Positions 1 to 9,843 of a stretch of DNA of 53,369 nucleotides are shown here, in pieces. Below the pieces are notes generated by a model, which saw only the letters and a program-made list of their open reading frames with translations, made no database searches and was not told the origin of the DNA. The stretch is from a virus (taxonomy: Duplodnaviria > Caudoviricetes). The stretch is from IMG/VR virus record IMGVR_UViG_3300001848_000569, positions 1 to 53,369 of that record; one strand, given 5' to 3'. Made by a program: the position numbers and the translations under genes. Positions within the stretch are counted from its first letter, which is position 1, and each line of letters starts with the position of its first letter.

Positions 1-668
1 ACTTCTCTAATACTATTCCATTCTTTAATAAAATTACCATTTAGGTCATATTGAAGAATTATTTTTCTAGTATTACTAAGTAATCTTTTTTCCAAAACTT
101 GTTCTTGTGATAAATCATATGTTTTTCCTTTAAACTTAGAAATTCGACCTATATTTGCTCTTCTTATCTTTTCTCTAGTCTCTTGAGAGACTATTTTATT
201 TGTATGAATTTTTCGTAATATTTCTTTATTAATTTCAGTCATTTTTCTACCAATATTGCCTTTTGAAATTTTTCTACACGTTTCGATAGAATGTTTTCTT
301 CCTATACTTTTTAATCGTATTTTTTCTATAGTATCAATAGATAATTTTTTACCGAAATTAGGGTGATTTTTTCCACTTAAACCGGGATTTCCATTTCCGC
401 CGGGTGAAATATTATAACCATAATTATTATCTGTACTATTATAAACCTTAATCCAAAACTTTTCAAAAAAATCTAATTGCTTTTGATTTAATTTATTACA
501 TGATACAAGTATTTCTCTTTTAACATTATCATATCCATATTTTCTAATAGCTCTATGAATAACTTGTGAATTACCATTTTTATATTCTTTAAATCTTCTC
601 TCCACATTTTTACTTTGCCCAATATATACTTTACTATTAGGAAATAATAATATATATATTCCTATCAT
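1..668 (-). CDS. GIY-YIG homing endonuclease with NUMOD3-like repeats (runs off the window edge)
   Basis: Not in the ORF track. Manual translation from ATG 668 gives MIGIYILLFPNSKVYIGQSKNVERRFKEY...LDFFEKFWIKVYNST...GYNISPGG...GKNHPNFGKKLS...GRKHSIETCRKIS...ILQYDLNGNFIKEWNSIRE. The start overlaps the upstream stop (TAATG). Confidence 0.9.
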   Translation of the reverse strand, partial: MIGIYILLFPNSKVYIGQSKNVERRFKEYKNGNSQVIHRAIRKYGYDNVKREILVSCNKLNQKQLDFFEKFWIKVYNSTDNNYGYNISPGGNGNPGLSGKNHPNFGKKLSIDTIEKIRLKSIGRKHSIETCRKISKGNIGRKMTEINKEILRKIHTNKIVSQETREKIRRANIGRISKFKGKTYDLSQEQVLEKRLLSNTRKIILQYDLNGNFIKEWNSIRE

Positions 669-1408
669 TACGCCATTAGATATTTAACTGTTAAATAATT
701 ACAAGTAACTGAGCCAGCTGTATAAGCAGTCATTCTTGTTTTTATAATATTTGCATTACTAAAATTAACTACTGCTGTGGTTGGAACTATTCTATTAATA
801 GCTATTAAAGCAGTAGAACTTGAATAAGCTTCAACTGTGCCATAATATTGAATAGAAGTATTAGAAATTCTATTTATATAAATAGTACATTTGATACCTG
901 CAACTGGACTAGCTGTACTGGAAACCAAATTAATGTTTAATACATCAAAATATACAGATAAACCAATATTACTAGCACTAGCTAAAGAAAAATCTGCTTC
1001 AACTACCAGTTGATCACCATTTGTATCAATAGTATTACCAACTAGAGTATATGACTGAAAATCACCAATTGTAGTTCGAGTTACCCCAGATTGAGTATTA
1101 TATAATATATTAGAATAAAGGTTAGTATCTAAATTTAAAGTTTGATTACCATTAACATCTGTATTAGTGGTAATAGTAATAGTATTGCCAGTAGAAGTAA
1201 ATTTATTAGCTAAATAATCAGCTAATGAATCAGACGAACTAATTTTAACTTTACCATTATTAACATTATTACAAAAAGTATTTATTAAACTCTTTAAAAC
1301 AGAGTTTAAATCATCTCCATAACATATTTTTATAGGACAAGTTGGAGAATTAAAGGTATCACCAGTATATATAATTTGTCCACTATTTACAGTAATTAGA
1401 GCAGCCAT
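668..1408 (-). CDS. Putative virion structural protein (beta-rich)
   Basis: 246-aa S/T/N-rich ORF, translationally coupled within the late block. Confidence 0.5.
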   Translation of the reverse strand: MAALITVNSGQIIYTGDTFNSPTCPIKICYGDDLNSVLKSLINTFCNNVNNGKVKISSSDSLADYLANKFTSTGNTITITTNTDVNGNQTLNLDTNLYSNILYNTQSGVTRTTIGDFQSYTLVGNTIDTNGDQLVVEADFSLASASNIGLSVYFDVLNINLVSSTASPVAGIKCTIYINRISNTSIQYYGTVEAYSSSTALIAINRIVPTTAVVNFSNANIIKTRMTAYTAGSVTCNYLTVKYLMA

Positions 1409-1695
1409 TAATAATTTATTGTTAAAAGTTCAGCTTTTTGTAATATACCAAATGTAGTACCAGAAGATAATAAGATATAATTATTAAAATTAGTATTATT
1501 AATATAATAGTTTAAAGATAAAGTATTATCAATAAACTTCTTATATCTAAATGCTTCTTTTAATCTATCTTTATCCATCTGATATGAACCAAATGCATAT
1601 TTTTTGTCATTAGTAAATCTAGTCCCATTAAAGGATATGTATTTATCTAACTTATCTCTAAGTGTTAAAAGATCTATATAATTATAACTTGCCAT
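1408..1695 (-). CDS. Hypothetical protein
   Basis: ORF with 1-nt stop/start overlaps on both sides. Confidence 0.6.
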   Translation of the reverse strand: MASYNYIDLLTLRDKLDKYISFNGTRFTNDKKYAFGSYQMDKDRLKEAFRYKKFIDNTLSLNYYINNTNFNNYILLSSGTTFGILQKAELLTINY

Positions 1696-1982
1696 TAACA
1701 GTTAGTTGTATTTGTTATCATTGCTACCTCTTGAGATATATAATATATATAAGCATTGTATCTACAAGAAGTAGGTATTGCAATTTTATCATTTATAATA
1801 TCAGATAATAAATCTATGCGAGCTTGTATATACGCACTTGTATAGCCAGTTTGCGCATAATAATTATTATCCTTAACACATTGAAATTTAGCTTTATAAC
1901 CAATTAATATTGTAGAAGTTATATCGCTACAATCTTCACTAATAGGATTAGAACTATTATTTCCACCACATCCACAACCCAT
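1695..1982 (-). CDS. Small Cys-rich protein (MGCGCGG start)
   Basis: 95-aa ORF in a tightly packed operon. Confidence 0.6.
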   Translation of the reverse strand: MGCGCGGNNSSNPISEDCSDITSTILIGYKAKFQCVKDNNYYAQTGYTSAYIQARIDLLSDIINDKIAIPTSCRYNAYIYYISQEVAMITNTTNC

Positions 1983-1985
1983 AAC

Positions 1986-2504
1986 TTACAAAGTATTAAT
2001 TTTATTACTAATATAATCTAATTTAGAACTAGCTTCATTGATTTTATTACATCTAGCATCAGATTCAGCTGATTCTAAAATCAATAATAAATCTTCTATT
2101 AATTTGATATTTACCTCAGTTTTAGGTAAACACCCCGGAGAATCCCTCATTAATATATTCTTACTATATGCACAAACTAAGAATAGTCTAGTTTGATAAC
2201 ATCTTAGGAATCTACCTCGTATAAATACATCTTCATTTGGACAAACTGAATAAGTATATTCATATATGCCATCTGGAAGAGATTGAATATCCATTCCAAT
2301 TGGTGTTATAAATAAATCACCTGAAGTATAATAATTCGTATTATTTGGTTCAAAGTTTACAAATATATCATTATTTATCCCCGGAACTCTTAATTTCAAC
2401 TGAGGATTAGTAATAGTTAAATCAGGATCATATACACTTATATCCCTGATAACCAACACATTAGAATCTTCTGGCTTTGGTATATATAATGATAAAATAT
2501 GCAT
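1986..2504 (-). CDS. Putative structural protein (Ig-like N-terminus, LPDGIYEY motif, helical C-terminus)
   Basis: ORF composition and position in the late block. Confidence 0.5.
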   Translation of the reverse strand: MHILSLYIPKPEDSNVLVIRDISVYDPDLTITNPQLKLRVPGINNDIFVNFEPNNTNYYTSGDLFITPIGMDIQSLPDGIYEYTYSVCPNEDVFIRGRFLRCYQTRLFLVCAYSKNILMRDSPGCLPKTEVNIKLIEDLLLILESAESDARCNKINEASSKLDYISNKINTL

Positions 2505-2525
2505 TATTATAGTTTATATTTATCT

Positions 2526-2537
2526 AATATACAAAAT
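2526..2537 (-). promoter_or_regulatory. Putative late promoter motif ATTTTGTATATT
   Basis: Identical 12-mer in three intergenic gaps (2526, 9087, 16169), each just upstream of a minus-strand start. Confidence 0.55.
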
Positions 2538-2538
2538 A

Positions 2539-3198
2539 TTAGTATTTAAAATCAAAAATATGTAAAAGAGTGTAAGTAATAGGGGGATTGTCAAATTTCT
2601 CCAAATATGGAATAATCTCTTTTTCTACAGATTCATCCATTACTTGACAGCCAGCCGATAAATTATCTACTGTTATTATATTAAAATTAGCCCATGTATG
2701 AAAATTTATTCCAAATAACCCTGTTTCTTTTGGACTATTTCTATTAATAAAATCTTCCCCCATTTCTCTATAAATGGTACACTGATTAATCTGTTGACAG
2801 TATGGATCGCCCGTCCATCCATTGTATACTTCATTAAATTGCCACAATCCTCTATATTGTCCTTCAACTAAACAAGCACATCCTTTGTGATCTTCTCCAT
2901 GTTGAGATAACCAATATTTACCGGGCTTAGTACTAATAGGAAATCCGATTAACTCACCATTTAAAATAATACATCCCCAATCTGTAAATTCATTTGTATA
3001 AATATCAGACATTCTAATACCTATAATTTGATTTCCTATATCTGAATATCCCTTACTAGTTATAATTTTAAATAACTTATCTTTAAGCATTGAAATAGCA
3101 ATGTTACTCTTTTCACCTATATCCCCATCAACATCTAGTTCTGGGTTTATCAATGCTTTACATATACTTTGTGTAAATTTAGCTAATACCTCAGTCAT
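2539..3198 (-). CDS. Putative endolysin / YkuD-like (L,D-transpeptidase fold) peptidoglycan enzyme
   Basis: GINFH...SAGCQV matches the H-x(n)-S-x-G-C signature; adjacent to small membrane proteins. Confidence 0.6.
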   Translation of the reverse strand: MTEVLAKFTQSICKALINPELDVDGDIGEKSNIAISMLKDKLFKIITSKGYSDIGNQIIGIRMSDIYTNEFTDWGCIILNGELIGFPISTKPGKYWLSQHGEDHKGCACLVEGQYRGLWQFNEVYNGWTGDPYCQQINQCTIYREMGEDFINRNSPKETGLFGINFHTWANFNIITVDNLSAGCQVMDESVEKEIIPYLEKFDNPPITYTLLHIFDFKY

Positions 3199-3200
3199 AA

Positions 3201-3764
3201 TTATTTTAATCTAATCTTGTATTTAAAACCAACCTCATATAGTTTATTTACTGGATCATAACCACCAGATAGTATATTACCAAGTTTATTTTGATATGAT
3301 AAGTTTAAAAAACAGTTTGGATGAATACCATCATCACTATAAAGATCTATTCCTATTAGTATAGCCCGATTTTGTTTATTAACTATTACTTTAACGGGAA
3401 TTTTTAATTTATAGTTAATTCCCTGATTTATTAGCTTTCCGGCAATAGTATCATTAGTATATATTACAATATTAGTATCTTCATATTTATTTTGTATATC
3501 TCTAACTGATACTTTTTGTCCCGATATAATTATAGTTTTTTCTTTAGTAACTGTATCTATTAGAGTTAAAGTATCATGTTTCCATTTATATATAAATCTA
3601 TTAGAAACTAATGTATCTTCTTTTATTTTTGTTTTATAAGAAGTTAATACATGAATTTTATTATCTTTTACTACTAATATTTTATGGTTGTTTTTACATC
3701 CAATATATAACCCTAAAAATATACCTATAATTAATACCCAAATATAATTATAATACTTATTCAT
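3201..3764 (-). CDS. Membrane-anchored or lipoprotein-like lysis-cassette protein (spanin candidate)
   Basis: N-terminal hydrophobic helix ending YIGC; beta-rich C-terminus. Confidence 0.4.
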   Translation of the reverse strand: MNKYYNYIWVLIIGIFLGLYIGCKNNHKILVVKDNKIHVLTSYKTKIKEDTLVSNRFIYKWKHDTLTLIDTVTKEKTIIISGQKVSVRDIQNKYEDTNIVIYTNDTIAGKLINQGINYKLKIPVKVIVNKQNRAILIGIDLYSDDGIHPNCFLNLSYQNKLGNILSGGYDPVNKLYEVGFKYKIRLK

Positions 3765-3988
3765 TATTTATTATTTTTTAAATACGTCATAAACTCCCAA
3801 CTAGTACTACCAAAGAAAAATGATATTAATCCTATTAAATAATAAAATATTTGTGAATCAACAGATTTACAAAATGTATTTATATAACACAAGCTTATAA
3901 ATACTAAAAGCAATAAAGTTCCATTTACTCTTTTTGAACTAGTAGATCCATCTGGACCACTTAACATATCTTTTATAAAAGTTTTCAT
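3764..3988 (-). CDS. Putative holin
   Basis: 74 aa, SSKR followed by two transmembrane segments. Confidence 0.55.
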   Translation of the reverse strand: MKTFIKDMLSGPDGSTSSKRVNGTLLLLVFISLCYINTFCKSVDSQIFYYLIGLISFFFGSTSWEFMTYLKNNK

Positions 3989-4299
3989 TATTTTGATTCT
4001 TTAAAATCATTTTCTAGTCTATCCTGATTTTTTTCTAATCCCTTTATTTGTTCTGATAACTTAATTATACTACCATTTAATTGTTCAAGAGTTGTTCTTA
4101 AGCCACCATAAATAATATTTAAATTATTTACTTGTTTATCAAAAAAATCATGTTTTTCTTCAAGCTTTGTTATCCTGTTATCAAAATGATTAGCTTTACT
4201 ATTTAACCATCGGAATGAAAGAAAAAGTGTAACAATAATACCAAGTAATAAATAAATATCATTTAATGTAATTGGTATATTAGTAATATCTAAGAACAT
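3988..4299 (-). CDS. Single-TM coiled-coil protein (holin/antiholin-like)
   Basis: One hydrophobic helix, then heptad repeats. Confidence 0.45.
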   Translation of the reverse strand: MFLDITNIPITLNDIYLLLGIIVTLFLSFRWLNSKANHFDNRITKLEEKHDFFDKQVNNLNIIYGGLRTTLEQLNGSIIKLSEQIKGLEKNQDRLENDFKESK

Positions 4300-4316
4300 T
4301 TTATAATAATTTTAGT

Positions 4317-4520
4317 TTAAAAATCAGTATCAGAATCAAGTTGTATAATTTGTGGAAGATTATTTGGGTCAAATAGTTCAGGAAAATCATTTAATGTATT
4401 TGAACTACAAACATTTTTATTGTCCTTTGTTTTTCCAAATCCAATAATAGAACACCCAGATTTATATCCAGTATTCTTATCTACAAAGTCTTGCGTTACT
4501 TCTATATAAAATGATTTCAT
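4317..4520 (-). CDS. Hypothetical protein
   Basis: 67-aa ORF in operon. Confidence 0.5.
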   Translation of the reverse strand: MKSFYIEVTQDFVDKNTGYKSGCSIIGFGKTKDNKNVCSSNTLNDFPELFDPNNLPQIIQLDSDTDF

Positions 4521-4522
4521 AT

Positions 4523-5302
4523 TTATACTTGTCTACCTAATGTTGTTTGAAATGTTTGTACTCTAGAATATAAATTACTCATATCTGTCTGACTTAAACC
4601 AGATCCAATTGATGCCCAAGCTAGATTTCTAGGGGCCGCATTAAAATCATTATTTCTACCACCAACCCAAATAGAATTGGTAGGAAGAGATGTACTAGCA
4701 ATAGATCCAGTATAATACGTTGAATTTCTTTGACCTTGAAGGGTAGTAGAAGATTGTCTTGAACCTATATATAAACCACTTCCATCTCCAATTGTTTGTC
4801 CGGGTTCAGTGCCACCAGAGCCATTAATTTGATAATAAAATTTGTTATCAGTCCACATACACTCTAAATCACATATTATAGTTGTAGATTGCTTACATCC
4901 CATATCTACTTTAGCAAAGCCACCAGTAGTTCTAGAATACACACTCATATGAGTATTATTTAAACTCAGAACGCTATTTGGTACTAATCCACTATCTGTA
5001 TATTGAGTGGTACCATTAAAGGTTATGCCATTACTATTAACTGTAGGACTACCACCCAATGTTAAATCATAAGTACCGGGGGTTTTTAAATTTCCAATTA
5101 CTGTATTGTTTGTCCCACCCACCATTGGGTATATGGCAGTCATTTTTGCCCAAAGACTATCATTCTTTAATCCAATGACTAATGTATTAACAGCACTAAT
5201 AATGGTCCCATTTGTTATCCCATAATAATTAAAAAATGCTTGAGCATTAGTATCATTTTGGGATATAGAACTAGCTATTATTCCTATAGATGCAGAAATC
5301 AT
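4523..5302 (-). CDS. Putative tail/fibre protein, LamG/ConA-like beta-sandwich
   Basis: G/T/N/S-rich; ITFNGTTQYTD motif; ends FQTTLGRQV. Confidence 0.55.
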   Translation of the reverse strand: MISASIGIIASSISQNDTNAQAFFNYYGITNGTIISAVNTLVIGLKNDSLWAKMTAIYPMVGGTNNTVIGNLKTPGTYDLTLGGSPTVNSNGITFNGTTQYTDSGLVPNSVLSLNNTHMSVYSRTTGGFAKVDMGCKQSTTIICDLECMWTDNKFYYQINGSGGTEPGQTIGDGSGLYIGSRQSSTTLQGQRNSTYYTGSIASTSLPTNSIWVGGRNNDFNAAPRNLAWASIGSGLSQTDMSNLYSRVQTFQTTLGRQV

Positions 5303-5304
5303 TA

Positions 5305-6375
5305 TTATGTAGTTATATCACCACTTAAATACCATTCATCAGTTCCCCTCTTAACTAAAGTTGCTAATGAGTATTGTCCAGTAAGTTTATTTTTACCAGA
5401 TGCACTCCTCATAGTTACACCGCCTGTTGGTGAAACAGTAACTTGTCCAGCACCATATTGAGCTATTACTATTTGTGTACCTATTGGGAAAGAAACAGAA
5501 GTATTTGTTGGAATAGTTAAAGTAACTGCTGAAGCTTTATTCATTTCGATAAGTCCATCTATACCATCTGTTAATACTAAAGTATAGTTATTTGTTTGAG
5601 TATTAATATTAACAGTAGTTAAACCAATTGTTCCAGACCTATCTTGTAAACTATAAGTACGGTTTGCAGTTAATGTTTCACTTCCTATTTGTCGTTGATA
5701 AGTATCATTACTTACAAAAATAAGTGCTTTTGGTTGTTTAAGATATCCAGAAGAATCAAGAGCAGTTACTCCATCTGAAACTGGAGAAATATATGGCAAT
5801 TTAACACCAGTTGTGTCCCAAGCTAATTTTGGAGTTCCACTAACTCCATCCATTAAATATCTATTAGCCCAATTAAGCGAAGTTGAACTATTTGCTGCTA
5901 AAAGTTGTCTATTACTTGGATCTAAACAATATGATCCATCTGATAAAAGAAATTTAGTACTATTTTCAATTATTAAAACAGGATTATTATTAACAAAAAA
6001 CTTAAATCTTTCATTAGAATCATCTATCCAAAAGTAAGTACCATTATCATAGAAGTCTATATCCCCTATAGCATATGTATCTAGACCTACATTTATTATT
6101 AAACCCTTATAATTTGGTCTACCAACTTTAAAAACAACACCATCATAATAAAAATTATCTGATCCTTGAATGCTATTTATCCCCGATCCATAAGCAACTT
6201 GATTTGTACTAATACTACCAGTAATACCATTTTGGTCTGTATTTTCCCAGCAATTAGTACTTTCATTATATCTCAAAACTTCTCCTGAAAGTGGATCAGT
6301 TATACAAAAAGAAGGTAAACAACAAACTTGTCGTTTAAGTTTATTAAATAATACTTCTAATTCGGAAGTTGACAT
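5305..6375 (-). CDS. Putative fibre protein
   Basis: C-terminal YTLVLTD...VTLTIP...FPIGTQI...QYGAGQVT...WYLSGD domain typical of phage fibres. Confidence 0.6.
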   Translation of the reverse strand: MSTSELEVLFNKLKRQVCCLPSFCITDPLSGEVLRYNESTNCWENTDQNGITGSISTNQVAYGSGINSIQGSDNFYYDGVVFKVGRPNYKGLIINVGLDTYAIGDIDFYDNGTYFWIDDSNERFKFFVNNNPVLIIENSTKFLLSDGSYCLDPSNRQLLAANSSTSLNWANRYLMDGVSGTPKLAWDTTGVKLPYISPVSDGVTALDSSGYLKQPKALIFVSNDTYQRQIGSETLTANRTYSLQDRSGTIGLTTVNINTQTNNYTLVLTDGIDGLIEMNKASAVTLTIPTNTSVSFPIGTQIVIAQYGAGQVTVSPTGGVTMRSASGKNKLTGQYSLATLVKRGTDEWYLSGDITT

Positions 6376-6393
6376 TTTGTATTTCTTTTTAGT

Positions 6394-6428
6394 AAAAAAG
6401 CCCGCCCTACACGAAGGGACGGGCCTTT
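6394..6428 (-). terminator. Intrinsic terminator
   Basis: Minus strand GCCCGTCCCT-loop-AGGGCGGGC followed by TTTTTT. Confidence 0.75.
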
Positions 6429-6452
6429 AAAAGATAAAAGTAAAAGTATAAA

Positions 6453-7664
6453 TTAAGCAATTCTAAATAATACTGCTGCACTAGAACTAGTAAATACTAA
6501 TCTAAATACACCAACTTTATTAGTAGTAGTTACAGTAAGTGTGGTGCCACCTGTAATAGCACCTGTTGGTGCAGTAATACCAGCACCTAATGCAACTGTT
6601 ACTGTATTAGAACCTGCACTATTATCTACAATAAAGTCAAACATACTACCTTGTACAGCACCTAAAGTAGTTGCAATATTAGTTGCACTATCAGTAGTGA
6701 GAGTTACTGCTGCACCAGATGTAGATGTAAAATATCCTTTTACAAAATTAGCAGCAGCAACAGTTGCAGAAGTATTTACTGCAAAAGTAGTATAGTTTTG
6801 TAATACCCCAGCTGCTATGGTCATAAAGTTAGCTGATAGTGGAGTAATTTTATTTACAGATGTACCACTAGAGTTCCACTTTGCATATTGAACTCCTGAT
6901 CCTGCAAATGATACTTCGCCTGCCGAACTTCTATAAAAACCTGTAGTAGTATCACCTGTAAAAGTATAAGATGGAGTACCAACTGCCCCAACTGGATTAA
7001 CGTGAGGTAATGTACTAGTTATAGCAGTAGTAGAGATATCAAAACGAAGTGTACCATTAGTAGTAAAACCAATATCATTTGCTGCAACTCTATACATACC
7101 CGTATTAGAGTTAGAATTAAAAGTTACAGTTGGATTAGCTGCTGTACCATTTCCACCACTATATACTGATTGATTAGTATCCCAATTAGTAGTAGAATCC
7201 CCATAAAAAGTTTTAGTATCTCCACCCGGAATAGTAATAGAAGCATTAGCACTACCACTGTTAATAGTACCACTTGTAGCAGGAAATACTGCTAAATCAG
7301 TAGTAGTATTATTTTTTATGATAAATATTTTACCTATACCAGCTACAGGTAATTTTACAGAATCACCTGCTGTAGCAACAGTATCAACTCTATTATAATA
7401 AGTAGTAAGTAATACTGCACTTCCTTGACCACCACCTGCATGAGCGGTAATACCAGTAGTAACAGTAGGTTGAATTGGTGGTACAAAACCAGTAGAGCAG
7501 CATGGATCACTCATAATACCATAATCAATAAGTCTGGATATAAGCCAGTCACCCATTGTTATAGTAGTTTTATTTTCACCTAAACCCTTTTTCCAACTTC
7601 TCAAGGGAGCAGTTGCAGGAGTTTTAATATCAAAATCGTTAATATAAGGTGTTCTATTTGCCAT
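6453..7664 (-). CDS. Putative head or tail fibre structural protein
   Basis: T/G/A/S-rich; two internal repeats (GTAANPTVTF..NTGMYR and GAVGTPSYTF..TTGFYR). Confidence 0.6.
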   Translation of the reverse strand: MANRTPYINDFDIKTPATAPLRSWKKGLGENKTTITMGDWLISRLIDYGIMSDPCCSTGFVPPIQPTVTTGITAHAGGGQGSAVLLTTYYNRVDTVATAGDSVKLPVAGIGKIFIIKNNTTTDLAVFPATSGTINSGSANASITIPGGDTKTFYGDSTTNWDTNQSVYSGGNGTAANPTVTFNSNSNTGMYRVAANDIGFTTNGTLRFDISTTAITSTLPHVNPVGAVGTPSYTFTGDTTTGFYRSSAGEVSFAGSGVQYAKWNSSGTSVNKITPLSANFMTIAAGVLQNYTTFAVNTSATVAAANFVKGYFTSTSGAAVTLTTDSATNIATTLGAVQGSMFDFIVDNSAGSNTVTVALGAGITAPTGAITGGTTLTVTTTNKVGVFRLVFTSSSAAVLFRIA

Positions 7665-7690
7665 GAGAATTTATTAATTATTTTTAAAAT

Positions 7691-7726
7691 AAAGGGGTAG
7701 TCGTATTACACAAATACCTACCCCTA
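7691..7726 (-). terminator. Hairpin, probable terminator
   Basis: AGGGGTAG/CTACCCCT inverted repeat with T-rich tail on the minus strand. Confidence 0.55.
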
Positions 7727-7751
7727 ATATAATATAAGCAACAATCCGCTA

Positions 7752-9059
7752 TTAGTTAGCTTCAAAAGTTATACTAGTACCAGTAGAAAGATTTGTGAAA
7801 GCAGTATTAAGAGCAGTTACAGCACCACCAGAAGTAGGAGTAGCTATGATAACAATTTTATCTGTTCTATCATAATCCCCACCCATTTCAGTAGTAGGAT
7901 AAGCTGAACTATAATGAATATAGTATAAAGTATAAAGAATACCTGATGTAATAGAAGTGGTGTATTGATTTGCACCAGCATTCATAGCACAATCTTGGAA
8001 CCATTCTCTTACTTCACTATAACCAAGAGCATCCATTTCTAAGTAAACAAGTTCTCTTGAACTACCATTACCATAAGTAAGATCTTGTGCAGGAGGATTA
8101 GATACGGTAAAGCTACAACCTAAATCATCCGAAGCAATTAAGAAAGTAACACCTTCAAAATCAAATGGGAATGGAGGAAAGCAGCAACAACCATCAGTTA
8201 TACTTAGGAATTTACCTGTCCATTTAATACCTACATGAGTGCCATCAGTAGCAATATGACCACTATTGGCCGCTACCACTGTACCTGAAGCACCTTGATA
8301 TGGAGTATTTAAAGTAAGAGTTAAACTATTTACAGCAGTAATTTTATAAATAGGAGAGGTAGCACCAGTACCACCAATTCTAATTAAATCACCAACTGCA
8401 TAAGCTGTACCAGTATTATAAGTAGCAGCAGTAGCAAATACAATTTGATCACTACCATAGGTAACTGTCATATCATTATCAGATGCTAAGAAACTACCAT
8501 CATATACTAATTCTGCTCCAATGAAATTATTTAAAATCATCATTGAATTTGCAGTAGTAATAAACTTATAAGTTTCAACAATAGGATCAGAAGTACCACA
8601 ACCAGTATTGCAGCCCGTGCAACATTCTGTATGGATATCAATAGTCTTAATAAGACCAATCTTACCATAGAATTTATTGATATATGGAGAACTATCCAAA
8701 ACCACTCTCATAGAATAATCAGAATCACAGTTATATGAAAGAGTAGCTGTATTACTACCATTATAACCTGCATATCTAATCTGAGGTAAAGGAGAAGCAC
8801 TAGTCTTTCTTTCTAGTTTTGTAATTCTCTTAGGATCAATTACATCCGATTTAAGAGAGGGTTTGGTAGCATCAGAATACTTCTTTTCAGCAACATAGAA
8901 AAGAGTATTACCAATAGTAGATAACGAGCTACTTGCATTAGTATTATCAGATACTTTGAAAAACCCAATTTCACCTTGAGTAAACCCACTACTAGGGTTA
9001 GCAGCAGATGTTTCAAGATTAGTTCCCACAATTAATACGGGCTTCTTACTATAATTCAT
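7752..9059 (-). CDS. Crass-like virion structural protein (auxiliary capsid protein candidate)
   Basis: 435 aa, own promoter motif and terminator, three genes downstream of the MCP. Confidence 0.5.
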   Translation of the reverse strand: MNYSKKPVLIVGTNLETSAANPSSGFTQGEIGFFKVSDNTNASSSLSTIGNTLFYVAEKKYSDATKPSLKSDVIDPKRITKLERKTSASPLPQIRYAGYNGSNTATLSYNCDSDYSMRVVLDSSPYINKFYGKIGLIKTIDIHTECCTGCNTGCGTSDPIVETYKFITTANSMMILNNFIGAELVYDGSFLASDNDMTVTYGSDQIVFATAATYNTGTAYAVGDLIRIGGTGATSPIYKITAVNSLTLTLNTPYQGASGTVVAANSGHIATDGTHVGIKWTGKFLSITDGCCCFPPFPFDFEGVTFLIASDDLGCSFTVSNPPAQDLTYGNGSSRELVYLEMDALGYSEVREWFQDCAMNAGANQYTTSITSGILYTLYYIHYSSAYPTTEMGGDYDRTDKIVIIATPTSGGAVTALNTAFTNLSTGTSITFEAN

Positions 9060-9086
9060 GTTTTATATTATTTTATTAGTTATTTA

Positions 9087-9098
9087 AATATACAAAAT
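9087..9098 (-). promoter_or_regulatory. Putative late promoter motif ATTTTGTATATT
   Basis: Second copy of the 12-mer. Confidence 0.55.
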
Positions 9099-9117
9099 AT
9101 TTTCTATTGTAAATTAT

Positions 9118-9843
9118 TTATTCTTGTTTTGATACTTCTTTTTCTGCAATTTGATAACCTTCAACATTAGAAATTGTAGCTTGTGCCAATCTAACTGCTA
9201 ATGTTACTATATCTAAAAGAGAATAATCAGGAAGTTCAGAATCAATTGTTTGACTTGGATCACCATTAAATTTAGTATAACCAATTAAATCTATTTCCTT
9301 TGGATACTTTATATATTCTATATACAAAGTATTTAACTTAAATGTTCCATCTGTATATCCATATATTTTATTTTGAGATATAACAATTGGAATTTCTTGC
9401 CACTCAAAACTTGGATCTCTAGTTGGATCTACTAATACCTCATCTAATTCATCATGTGTAACTTGGGTATTCCAAAGAACTCTATTTTTACAAGCTCCCT
9501 TATCCCCATAACTTAAGCTACGTATTAAATGAAGATATTTACCTTTTTTAAGATTAGATATATCTGCGTAATATCTAGGTTCTTCTATATTAGAGTCATT
9601 CTGATATTGTATCTGAGGCTCATCTTTTACAACTAAGGCTGATAAATCATCAATTCTTTTTTGATCACCTTCAAAACCTAAATTGTAATTATTATTTAAA
9701 CCATAGCATTTTTGAACATATAAAATGATAGCTTTATTTAAAAAAGTTAATATTTGAGGAAGTGGGACATCTGGATAATCTTGAGAGTCTAACTTATCAA
9801 ATTCTAACTTAAATCTATAAACTAATTCATTTGTAGGTATCAT
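9118..9843 (-). CDS. Putative head-tail connector / tail ring protein
   Basis: DKLDSQ...FLNKA...FEGDQKRIDDL...YIKYP...ELP pattern of crass-like ring proteins. Confidence 0.6.
   Translation of the reverse strand: MIPTNELVYRFKLEFDKLDSQDYPDVPLPQILTFLNKAIILYVQKCYGLNNNYNLGFEGDQKRIDDLSALVVKDEPQIQYQNDSNIEEPRYYADISNLKKGKYLHLIRSLSYGDKGACKNRVLWNTQVTHDELDEVLVDPTRDPSFEWQEIPIVISQNKIYGYTDGTFKLNTLYIEYIKYPKEIDLIGYTKFNGDPSQTIDSELPDYSLLDIVTLAVRLAQATISNVEGYQIAEKEVSKQE

Noticed and set aside
4523-7664. Diversity-generating retroelement targeting fibre genes
   Set aside because: No reverse transcriptase and no template/variable repeat pair noticed
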